From Balanoglossus misakiensis (lineage: Eukaryota; Animalia; Hemichordata): DNA of 64,000 nucleotides. Below are positions 1 to 18,070 of this stretch, piece after piece. A program made the position numbers and the translations under genes. The DNA lies in contig CM082582.2 of assembly GCA_040954595.2 (NCBI GenBank), forward strand, positions 10,407,483 through 10,471,482. The letters run 5' to 3'. The notes beneath the pieces were generated by a model. It was given only the letters and a program-made list of their open reading frames with translations, searched no databases and was not told the DNA's origin. How positions within the stretch are numbered: position 1 is the stretch's first letter; each line of letters begins with the position of its first letter.

Positions 1-2979
1 TTATGTTTATAGATGAGGACTTCATAGGTTCATCTGTCTGAGGTTTCCCTATTTTCTATCAGAAGCTAGATGGGTACATTCTCTGTTAAAAATTTATAGG
101 TGATATCTCCTTAGGGGGGAAAAATGAACAATTTGTTACCAGTACGGTAGTGACAAATTTGAAGAAGGAAAAGCAAGCAGCTATGTGCTGTTTTCCATAA
201 ATGTTTGGAAATTTTGAATGATTTCTTGATATTTGTGCAATATTTTTTTTTGTTTTCTTTTTCGAGAAGCAGTCTCACAGCCATGCAAAGAAAAAAAAGA
301 TTTTTTTGGCCTGGAGTGCCCACTTGACAACGGTAACCAGGTCCTTGAGAAACCAATTCAGCATTCATGTGCTGGGACTGTCTTCCACACTTCTACAACT
401 TTTTGTAGTGCGACCTAGATTTTTGTAGCAGTCAATTCATTTGTGCTTCAGGTTTTTACAAATGATGCTTTTGGCACATTGCCAAGGTATAGTTGCTCCA
501 AAAAAAATCACGCAGTGGCAGCCATAATTCCCTGGGCTCTGTAGTATTAGAGTCTTAGTAAAAATCAGTGTTTTTTCCATGGCTCTGTGCCAGGAAACGT
601 AGCAAAAACACAGTCATTTCTTGGCTAAGTGCCAGGAAAAGTTGCAAAGTCATATTGTGCGTCTTTTAGCGAATAATTCTGGCTTGATAAGGGCATTTTC
701 TAAAGAAATCTTGATGCATTGCTGTCATTTATCAGTAGTCCTGCAAGACAGCAAAGATTTCGACTCTCATTTGCAGTCATGATTCATAAAAATTTGTTCC
801 GACCAGTATCGACAACTTTCACTTTGTGTTACTATCGTAAAAAGGGGGTTCAGTTGTGAGTGGGCAACCCTCTGCTGTGCTCATGTTGTTGTGTGGCATG
901 AGACTTCTAGAATCGAGTGTGCAAAGTTTTTGTTAACCTTAAACAAAGATGAAGTTGCATGTATAATATGCTCTCGAATGTAGCATCTGAAAACTTTGTT
1001 TGAAATTTCATTTTGCTGGAAAAAAACAAAAAACAAAGTACACTTGGGTTTGCAAGTTGATGTACAATTATGTATGGAGTAAATCTTGATCCATAATGAA
1101 ATTAACTTTGGGATAACTGCCATTGTGGTGTTTGGAATCAGGGTTGGGAATTTTGAGTAGGGTTTGGGGGAAAAGTAGCAAGGGATTTTGATGGTGCAAT
1201 TGGATGGGTAGATTAGGGGAGGGGGGGGGGGGTTTCATGCAGAATATGGGGAAACATAATTTTGTGCACTGCTTGATATGAAGTGATCACTTCAGTTTGT
1301 GTTGAAGTTGACTAGAAAATATACAAAAATTGGCCAGCGATTTTGATTCACTGGAAAATGCAGTGAAACAAAATATTCCTGAAAAGTTCTTGTGTTCAGA
1401 TAATCAAACATTGGGTGTAAAAATCAAATTTCTTGAGGTTTTTAAAAAATAATCCAACATTGATACTCATACCGACAAAATAGTAGGCTTTGGAAGATGA
1501 CCGACCATGGGAGGTTCTTCCAGAGATCAACAGATGAATTTTGTACACTTTTCGTTTGGAGTGTGCAAAAATAAAAAAGATGCACATCTAACAGTCGTGA
1601 TGAACGTCAATCTACTCGTCCATGCAGATTTGTGTGTGTCGACTCTTTCACACCCCTATCTGAAAGTAGACAGGTCCAAGCTCGTAGCTCGAAAACATGG
1701 GGTGAAACTGTAGTGCAAAGGTTGAAAAGGGGTCACATCACAGACTGCGTGGGAGCCAGCTGGAAACAATGATCACATTTCGAACAATATTTTTTTGAGA
1801 GAAACCATCCAGAATTGTGTAGTTCTCGCATCTTGAAATAATCTTCAAACCGTATCAGCGAGAAGACTACACAGGAAATCTTTTTTTTTTCTTGATATGA
1901 GGATTGGATCACTAAAGGTATTCGAAGACGACCATTTTCTTTGTCACATGAACTGTGGCGATGAGAAAGACCTTGGTGTTTGGTACACTGGTCTTTTTGG
2001 TGTAAAATCTGATGTAAAATAATAGCATTCTTTAGCAATATTACAATACAAGGCTTGTAATTAATTAGGCAGCCAGACGAAAAGAGGGTCACTCAAGTTC
2101 ATAAAAAGCAGTAAACATTGTAATCACATTTTATCATATGCCTCTGCAATAAACCACAGGTCAGTTTTTAGTTTCAGAGGTTTTTCAATTCTGCAAATGT
2201 TTTAATTTTTTTTTCTGAATGTAAGTTTATTGGAATGGTCAACATTGTCGCTAACTGTTCGGGTACAGTGGTTTCTGTTTATCTGTCTTCTTGCTTGACT
2301 TGAACTTCTTGATTTTGTATGTTTTCCCCGATAGTCCCTGCTCCGGACCAACTGTAATTGAATGAAAACTTCTAAAAAATTGTCCTATGTTTGGAAGCCT
2401 GTGGCAGAGAACTTGGGCAGATGAATAAATTCGGCCCTGATGCAAAGCTGGAGTTCGAATCTTACAATCTGGCGTACCACAAAACGCATTTGTGTTTCTT
2501 TTGAGCAGGGGAACAGCAAAACAGTGTACCACAGATAATTTGGAACTCTTTTTTTGGTGTGATGAATTAAGCTTGCTCGCAACTCTTCTGTTATTCTCAA
2601 AAATTTACAATCTTGTATAGCCAGCATCCTATACGAATAATGTACTCTGTGCCAGTGTTTAAGTTTTTTTTTCTACTTCTGTTGCGTTTCTCGGTCAGTT
2701 GTTTCAGACGGCATTTTTTTCTTCACTGATTGTGATTAACATCGATCTGTTTTCTCTCTACATGCTTGCTTGAGTTTTTCCAGTAAGTTAGAAATTTGCT
2801 TTAATTACAATTTACAAACGAAAGTTCATTGCAGAGGCATTTGTAGTCTCCACTTCACAATCAGACTGGCTTTCCTGTAGTTTGTTTCAACTTTCAGAGG
2901 CATTTTCTTTTTCTTTTCTTTTCCATGTAACAGATGGTGTAGGTGAACTTTCAGTTTTGTTTCCTGAAACCAAATTTTG

Positions 2980-3000
2980 AATAAAGAAACAACAAATAAA
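2980..3000 (+). terminator. Tandem AATAAA polyadenylation signals, probably ending a long 3' UTR of a gene upstream of the window
   Basis: AATAAA at 2980-2985 and 2995-3000 followed by GT-rich sequence. Region 1-3000 is AT-rich, CpG-poor and has no credible ORF. Confidence 0.35.
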
Positions 3001-3533
3001 TCTGAAAGAGAAGTGTTTAATTCTGGGTGTGATTCAGGACAAATATGCGCTGTGGTTTGGTCACTTAGAAGTTACTCCAGACATCTTCGTCGTTATATTT
3101 GTAGCGTTGGCCAAATTGAATGTGAAGAGGCGTGAGCTAAATACCAGAAAGTCCATCTGCCGTGTTTTGCTTGTATAACAAGTTGTACGTTGGGAAGAAT
3201 GTGTAAGAAATAAAAAAAAATGATCGAGACATGGCTGTATGTGGATGAGATCGGATGGACATGCCGCGGTGATGACGTGTCGTTGGCTCGCAAATTTGAC
3301 GTGATTAAAAAAATAATTGAGACAATACGAACGTGTATAAAGTTCGAACTTTATTAATATAGGCTGCTGATTTAATTCAAAACGAAACCCGAAATTAATG
3401 AAATACGTAAATTTATTTATGAAAACGGCTGCTTTGCGATTATGGCCGATATCGTGCGACAAATCTTTCCTGTTCAATTATTGTTTGCTAATAATCTTGG
3501 CATCAGTTTTTGTTGGTACATAATGTGTACACG

Positions 3534-6096
3534 TCATCTTTGATGTACAATTACCAACGTTGTGAATATGGAATAAACTACCGCAAAGACGGGCGTCTTT
3601 CCTATCGACCCTGGGACAAAGAAAAGAAATCATTCAGTGGTTATTGTAGTATTAAGAGGGTGTGTTGGAACACATGGGTACTATAAGCGAGCATTCAGCG
3701 ATGTTGATAATAATTTGCGGGTTCTTCCCGGATGTAAGTCACCTTAGTGAGAAAAGGAATATTGGATCGTTGCTAAGGGGAACACTCACCACTACCATTG
3801 CCACTGTACAGTAAAATATCCTCTGTGCTATCCTCTTGGACTTCTTGCAAATAACTCGTCACAACTGTGTAAGACGAACATACATGCGAAAGAAAGTCAA
3901 GCATCTTGTGTTTTCCATATAAGTTTCCAGAATGATATTAACGCGATAAGCCTAATGCGTGCATCCGGCAAAATTAAAACGAAACTTTTGTTGAAATGAA
4001 AATGGTTTTTAATTTTCGTTATAGCTTTGTCAACGGCAGTTAATTATGTGACGTCATCGCTCAAAATTGTACCTTCTGAACTCCGATCTGTCCAAAAAGG
4101 GCGACCGTCCTCGTATGTTCTAGTACTCTCCGACGTTCCTTTAAAATTGTCCTGTCTGGTGGGCGTCTGCTGCTGATGTGAAACTGAAAGCACCTTGAAA
4201 CCAGCCGATGGAGGCGCACGAGTGGGGCTGACTTGGCCGGTGTTTTCATCACTCCGCCGTTCGGTTGCAAATGGTGGCAGATGATTCAGCGGGGGTGGGT
4301 TGCCCTCAAACGACGGAAAGTGATCTTCAGTGTCTTCTTGCGAGTTAACTGTCTGCGTTAGACCTGCTAAAGAAACATATTAGTAGCATGCATGCGTCCG
4401 TGTAAACACGCTCGTTCATAGCCCCCCCCCCCCTCCCTTTTAAATGCAGGTGCGATCACATTGTGGCATTTTTTTGCATTTCCAAGTATTTGTACATGTA
4501 GGTCCACTCTTGAATAAAATATAACATTCCGAACTTTTTCCCAGCAAAGTACATACATGGTAAAATATCTGCCCATCTTAAGACACGATCAACACGTCAG
4601 ACTGGTCACCGCAGTTGAAATGCCTTGGTGGTATGTAAATAAATAAGGTATGGAACAGTAACTGTCCGTTCGGGTGAACGAACCTGCACTGCCTCTCTCT
4701 GCCCGACATTCTGGAGCACCGTTGCGCGAACTCCGGCGAAAGTATGCCGCGAATTTTGACAATGTTTCCCTTTAGCAGAGACTGGCGCGGACGGTAATTT
4801 GTTGGGATGAGCTGATGAACGCTTTGCGGGGATCGGCCAAGATTGGTTACATATCGGTGTGGCGCGTGTTGGTCGTGCGGTACTTTGCGTAACCGACACT
4901 ATAGGCTGGGAATGGTAATGTGTCTGCCTTGGTGAACGAGAAAGCATTTGTGTATTGCGAGTGTTGTTTCTGCAATCAAACCAATTAGTTCAATTACGGA
5001 GAATCAAGAACCTTTGTGAAATCCAAACTTTCTGGCATTGTTTCACCACTCACTTCCTCGAAAATCTTAATTACACGTGACTTTTTGGTCCGATGAAACA
5101 CTTTGGGCCAACACCTACACGTCGATGACAAAGTTCCATGAATTCGTTGAATAACATCGCGAAGACTGTTGCTAAATATCCGTCTAGATTCCTAACCGGA
5201 GAGCTTCCATTTCAGCGGAGCCCGAGGGCATGGTCTGCGCTCGGTTGGAATATATCGTAATAATCATTCCATTTCCCTTACTCTATACCGGTTGTATATG
5301 CACTGGCCCGACAGTCACCCGTCGAGGCCACCCATAGTTGCTTCGATGTGTTCGCAAAGCCGCGAAACGCCAGGACGCGAGTATCGTGACGACCTTTGCG
5401 ATGGGAGGCAGTAAAATAGCGGCCCAGAATAGAAACGACACCGCTGGGCTTGTTGGTGGGGGACGTCCAATTATAGCCTAATAGAGATTGGCCAGCACTT
5501 AACTTGCATTCTCCCACTGAAGTGAAAGTTTAGTACCTTTCACACGTTTTGGGCGTTGCTCCATCTCCGCTGCTCATGGTAAAATACTTGAAGTCGCGTT
5601 AAAGTTTTCCCAGTCGTTGGTTGAAACAATTAACGACTTGGAGGTTGTTGTTTCGTGTTATAACTGTCAGCACTTGATTCCTATCAAAATTTTCGAACAG
5701 TTCGATAAATTCAAATCTCTGACAGTAATGATTATTGAATTACACTGTCAGTGTCCGTTGATATCCCTGAACGTGTATATTTTCATCTGCAATTAGCAGC
5801 GGAATGTGTAAAAATAACTCTTGGGTTCAAGTTAATCCGTGTTCGGTAAAATTACACTCCAAGATATGGTGACATGATTACCACTTATCAAGTTTGTGAC
5901 CAGTCTTTATGCTAGTGTTAGATGTAAATCGTGGCACGATAACAAAGAATTGAGTCTCATCAATTGATCACTTAATCAAATCAATAAATGCATATCGATT
6001 ACGTAAAGTTACGAACTCAAACTTACCTATCTCGGTCAGGATGGACAAAACGATCAAAGACAAAGCCCCTGACACTGCCATCGCTCTTTGGAGCAT
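3534..6096 (-). CDS. Uncharacterised multi-exon gene; predicted secreted, GPI-anchored protein of about 340 aa (internal exon structure uncertain)
   Basis: Hand-assembled exons: 6096-6027 (MLQRAMAVSGALSLIVLSILTEI, donor G|GTAAGT), 5516-5282 (the only open frame matches the phase-1 junction; donor GA|GTAAGG), 4969-4684, 4363 or 4352-4073 (open for ~97 codons), 3864-3790 (donor G|GTGAGT), 3610-3534 (strong pyrimidine tract; GSIGKTPVFAVVYSIFTTLVIVHQR-stop). TATA box upstream; AATAAA at 3417-3412 and 3355-3350. Confidence 0.7.
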
Positions 6097-6129
6097 CTTG
6101 GTGTCCACCCAGCAGTCTTGGCCAGGAGG

Positions 6130-6165
6130 AATTGGTCTGTTTTTCTTGCCAACGCACTATTTATA
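6130..6165 (-). promoter_or_regulatory. TATA box plus initiator of the orphan gene
   Basis: TATAAATA at 6165-6158 on the minus strand, Inr-like CCAATTC about 32 nt downstream, ATG at 6096. Confidence 0.6.
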
Positions 6166-9122
6166 AGCCATGCCCTGTTAAGTGTTGATTTTTGGCGTTC
6201 TGCTCGCTTTCTTCGTCTCGGTGAGCCGAGGTCTGTTCGCACGATTCAAGAAAAGAAAGAACGTATCTCATTTCGCCAACGCAGTGCCTTCTTTGTGTCA
6301 CTGACCGAATGATACAAGCCTAAGTTGCATACATATTTGTAAAAATTGACATGTGTCGATTGTGACAGATTATTAACCTGGGTAGACCGGACCCCGGGCA
6401 GCGTGTCAAAGGTGACAACTGAATAAACATCTCCCAACACCTGCCACTCGCTATTGCCAAAATTCCTGCTGATGAGCTCGGCGGACAAAGACGTGTTAGT
6501 TAAACTTTCCCTTTTAGGCCTTCAAAGCGATAAATGCTGTTTATTGGAGTAAGTTCAAGACTTTGGCGGACTGTGAAAGGAACCGTACGGTAATAGCTTT
6601 GGATGACCTTCATTGTGCTTGGGGTTAAGAAGCGAAGCGTAGCTTCTTCAACCAAGCTCTAATGACACCTTAATTTTCCGGTGGAAAGACTGCACAAACT
6701 TCGGTGTTGCGGACCACACAACTATGAATATCTTTGTAACACTTTCCTTCGTCACGTCCCAAGTCTGTTTTACACTTGAACAGTCATTTTTTGCTGTCTG
6801 ATAAAACCGAAAAGACACCAGACCGACATAGTGGGACAAATACCTGAAAAGCTTTTCTGAAGGTCGTCGAGCAGGAGTGCTTGTCATGATGACCCGAACA
6901 CACATTACACGGACCCTTTTAATACTTTGACATTTCCAAATGGCCTTGCCAGGCACAACTCTAACATAACGAGCATAATTTCTGCCGGTGAACAGGAACT
7001 CGATTCAGTAGACTGACTCCTTTCTTATCTTAGATTAAAATAGTTCCAAAAAGAGGGGAAACCAAGGATGTCCCCGGACAGTTCAATTTAGAAGTAAATT
7101 TCGGTGATGTTTTCGCGGTGGGAGCGGTATAATTTTGTGTTTATTTTCAATGTTCTGGGTTACCGTTTTGTTGCAGCGATGTTTCAAAACATAGGAGTAT
7201 TCAATTCTTCCACATGCATGTGTGATTTTGTGTCGGTTGTTTTCTTTCGCATTTTGGGGAAACTTTTAACTTTGATCATGAGCTTGTGATACGAGATTGT
7301 TGAGTTTAGTATGTTATCCCATTTGACGAAATATCTGCAGAGGGAGTCTCGAATGAAGTCAGTGCACATTTGGCTGCCACGTGGGCGGACATCTGGAGAT
7401 CACAAAACACCCGTATCAGAGTTGTATACCAGAAAGATAATACCATTGACGAATTGGCGAAATATGTCCAAATTTACCGAAAAAAAAGAAGATGATACCA
7501 TCCCAATTCTTTCAGGTTTGGATTTGATTACAATGTTAAACTATGATTATCTAGAGAGAATGATAAACTTTGTAGCTCCAAAGGGCATCCTAGTCGCAAT
7601 AATGCAGCCCTGGTCTACGGTTTAGTGTTTCTGCCGAGGCGTCAGGGCTACAATCATTGCAGCTAATGGCATTCTGGGAATTTGACAGACGATATAGTCG
7701 ATACAAACAACGTTAACTCTGAAACAATATTTTCACACCGAATTTTGATGGAAGGTTCATATTACACTTTCTGTCGTTTTCAAGTTATTATACGGGGCTG
7801 GTAATTTCGCAACGATTCTGAAAAGGATTAAACTTTACTTGCAATAATTATTTGAAGGAATCTAGCTGTAGATTGAAACAGATGGAAAATTACTTAAGTT
7901 GGCGAAATAATTTCGATTAGCTTATTCCCACACGAAGCTCTTTGGAAAGTTGCTCAATGAAGCAGACGACACCCCCAGATTCTAACATCACAACGTCACA
8001 AAAATTTTTGTCTACCCTTCGTGAAATCAGGAAAAAAAACTGTGCTCCAAAATATGTCAGAAACTGTTATGAGGCAACATTCCTTACCTGTACAAAAGTT
8101 GTTGTAAAATCTTTCTTTTTCGCCAAAGTTGTCGTTCATCAGAGAAACTTGTCTCGCGACAGAATATGCGTCAGCTGTGGGTACATCGAACCGCGACTTA
8201 TACAACCGTAGTTCACCGGGGCAACGACATTTCATCCATGTTTGGCATCCTACCTTTGCGATGAACATAGTAGTCATAATTAGCACTCGTGATTCATACG
8301 CTAGAAAATGTAGTCCACAATTCGAGTGACGTTGTACAAGCAGTCTGTGACAGAAGAACATCGTGTACATAGGACATCCCTGGCCATAACATCTCTCGGG
8401 AGACGAGCTACGTACCTCGGGAATAGTTGTGACGTCAGAGGAATTCCCATTTTGACGTCTTGAGAGAACATCGTCATACTCGAGATGGATGTGCCGTCTG
8501 CGCTCAAATATTGTAGTTGTCTGCCTATCGCACCACTTCGATTCACACAATGAATAATTTAATCGAATTTATTAAGATAACCTTAATTGGGAGCTCCAGT
8601 ATACATTCGTTTAAAATATCGTCTAACAATTTCGCGATTCGAAACCGAGCTACTTGTATAATAGATTCAACGTATAGGCTCTTCTTTTAGCCTACAGTCC
8701 ACATTTATGCAATTATTTTCACATCCATACCTATATAAACCTATATATTCTGAAGGGATTTTCAATTAACGAATTCATCATCACGTCATTTACTGCAAAG
8801 ACTCTGGTTTATAATATGATACTGTAATAATTTGATATTTTTTTGTTTGACCTCCGACCGCAAGTGACAACCGATCCATCCCCATCTTCCAAGCGATTAA
8901 CTCCAACGTGTGCGGTTCTAATTGCAATTTGTAAAGATAACAGCTAGGCCTATATTCATTTCTGAAAATCAAAGTTATTAAAAGCGTACTGCAACGTATG
9001 GATCGCTGACTGACTGACTGACGTCACTGGTCTGCAAAAGAATTCACTGATTCTAAAGCTAGAGGGCGCATGTCGAAATATGGACTATGACCTTTGCCCT
9101 GAGGTCAACAGACTAAAAAAAC

Positions 9123-15691
<6,569 letters not shown>

Positions 15692-16820
15692 TCTGGAATA
15701 GTCCATTCTGACTGTGTGGTGATGTACAAAGTTGTGGAAGGAAAATAGGAACAAGAAAGCAGATAGGATCCACGATAGATGGACATTTTCTGATACAACC
15801 GCAGTCCTGACAAACACATCATGCTGTGTGAAATGCTATTTATTTATATTAAATATATGCTAGTCATATTTATCAAATATTTGAAGCTCATGCTTGACTG
15901 AAGTGATATATTGCAATCTGTCATTGTATTATCAGTGACTAAGGGGAGGGAGGGGGTGGGGGGGTGGATGATGGGCCAGTGTGCTGTTCTTTCTGCTGAC
16001 AATCGTATTGATCAGTCAGTTATTAAGAGTTCAAAATATGTGAAATACGCAAGTGTGCAAAATACTAAATATTTATCTGGTGGTTTAGAAAAATCCGGTT
16101 TTATGATTTGATTTGGCAGTATTGTTGCGGTAATGAGTTTTATTGATGTAGATTCCTTGTGCATTTCATGTGTTTTATTTTGATAAGAAAGTAATCTTAC
16201 AGAAGTGATTACAAACCTAGGAAGAAATATTTTACACAGACTGGACTTTTTCTACAAAAAAAAATGTGCTGCTTTAATAAAGGTGGAAAAATTAAAGAGG
16301 CAAGTTCATGCATTGCCTTCAATTGATGTTATGCCATTTACTACTGCAATGTTCTGGACATAGGAGGCACTGAATAAATCTCCAAACAGCAACTTTATAC
16401 AATGCACACATGCCAAGGTACTAGTATAACTTAATTGTACTATAATTGTACAAAAGGGTTTAATATATACTTTATGATAATTACAAAGATTTCACAGGAT
16501 ACTACATGTAACAATAAAGCTGATAATGGTCTTTCAGTGAAAAAGAAATAAAGTCATCATAAGTACTTTACAAATTCTAACACCCCAGTGGTACAAAACC
16601 TATTGGATGGACTGGTCTATTTCATACAAATGGGTGGGAAATTGATATGACTGAAGAGTTGTCTACAATGACAATGGTTTGGTCCATTTCATACAAGATC
16701 TGTGTTCATCAGTGTGGAGGGGGTAACAACATCTACTCGTACTGGGGTGGTAGTACCATGTTTAGACACTGGCAAGGTTTTTTTTTAAGGCTGGAGTCAG
16801 TTGTACTTTACTTGGACCAT

Positions 16821-17817
16821 TTAAATATTACTCTGCTGTGCCAGGAATGTGCGGATCCTTTGCAGTAACTCTTTCTTCACGCTGTCTGGAACGAGAGCTG
16901 GAAACAAAGAGAAGATCAAACAGATGTTGAATGAAAAACTGCATTCCTAATGCTGTGATCATGAGTGGTATACATGTATACCCTATCATGGCTAATTCAT
17001 TATACGTGTGCTGAGAGTGTGACACTTGGTACACTTGTAAATTCAATGTACACATTCAGACAATAAATAGATTTACATACCTCGGCCCTTGGGAGTAATT
17101 TCAGCCACTAGATCGTCAACTGTGATGTGTTCCAATCCTTTCTGCCTTACAACATCTGTATGTACACAAAAACACTGGGTTACAACATACCTGTATTTGG
17201 AATACAATATTCTGTGTATCTTGACAATAATGCATAAATCAGCCACTGAGACAATCATCGCGGGTGATTTCAAACTTACCTTTGCAGTACGCTTTGAGTT
17301 CATCTCTCCAGCCACATTCAATAAGCTTAGTTCTCAATATTTCTTTTAGTCTGAAGAAAAAAAACACCGGAAATCTCAGATTTAATAGACGCGCGATTGC
17401 CGCTTGATCTTGTCCTCAAAAACAAACAAATTGGTAATAATATGTACAAAAAATCACTTTTACCTTTCTTTTTCGCCAGTTTCCACCAATTTCTGGTTGA
17501 TTGTGGCCCTCATTTGAGCATCTCGAACTTTTCTGTCGTTGTAGCTGAAAAAAGTATTCACACACATCATGTCAATTTCATAGTGCGCGCATTTGCATTT
17601 TGGTCGCGTCGCGCGCACGGACATGTTGAAAACACGCACATATTTAAGGAAAAATATCACATATCTTTGTTCAGTGAGACTCTCACACTGAAAATTAACA
17701 GATCTTAAAACCATAACCCCAAAGATCTAGTTTTTCGCGGAAAAATAACATGAAAAAACGAGCAAACCAGACTGCGTCTCATTGTAATGAAATGGACATG
17801 GATACTCACTCCGCCAT
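16821..17817 (-). CDS. ENY2: Transcription and mRNA export factor ENY2 (Sus1), 5 exons
   Basis: Exons 17817-17810, 17544-17464, 17350-17280, 17155-17081, 16897-16821 give [103 protein letters not shown]. Confidence 0.97.
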
Positions 17818-18070
17818 TTTGCTAAATAAAATTTGGTTGCTCTGTTACTGCGCCCTCTATACTTATGACCTTACACGTGCTAATTTTTCCCGCTAAACTT
17901 TGTATGTAATATTTTAAAGTGTCGATAAATTGTTTTTGTTTGTATTTGGCTCTCTATAGTCAAACTCAAAAGAATACAAATGGACAAGCGTAAGAATTAC
18001 ATGTGGAATAAAAATTGAAAGGACTGAATGCAAAATAGTTAAGAAAACCCGAACAACCGAACGCAGCAAA
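17818..18070. promoter_or_regulatory. Bidirectional promoter ENY2/CTNNBL1
   Basis: Divergent ATGs 253 bp apart. YY1-like CAAAATGGCGG overlaps the ENY2 start; CTCF-like TAGAGGGCGCA within 17849-17860 (minus). Confidence 0.7.

Noticed and set aside
2449-2463. tRNA or SINE B-box-like GGAGTTCGAATC
   Set aside because: No A box or cloverleaf around it.
1-2900. Short ORFs in the first 3 kb
   Set aside because: No recognisable domains, no consistent splice phases, UTR-like composition.
3673-3789. Alternative last exon of the orphan gene (GDLHPGRTRKLLSTSLNARL)
   Set aside because: Would need a 47-nt intron; the acceptor at 3611 is much stronger and yields a coherent GPI-type tail.
7311-7625. Plus-strand ORF and a neighbouring open frame (YVIPFDEISAEG...YRKKRR)
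   Set aside because: No recognisable family and no upstream exon could be linked.
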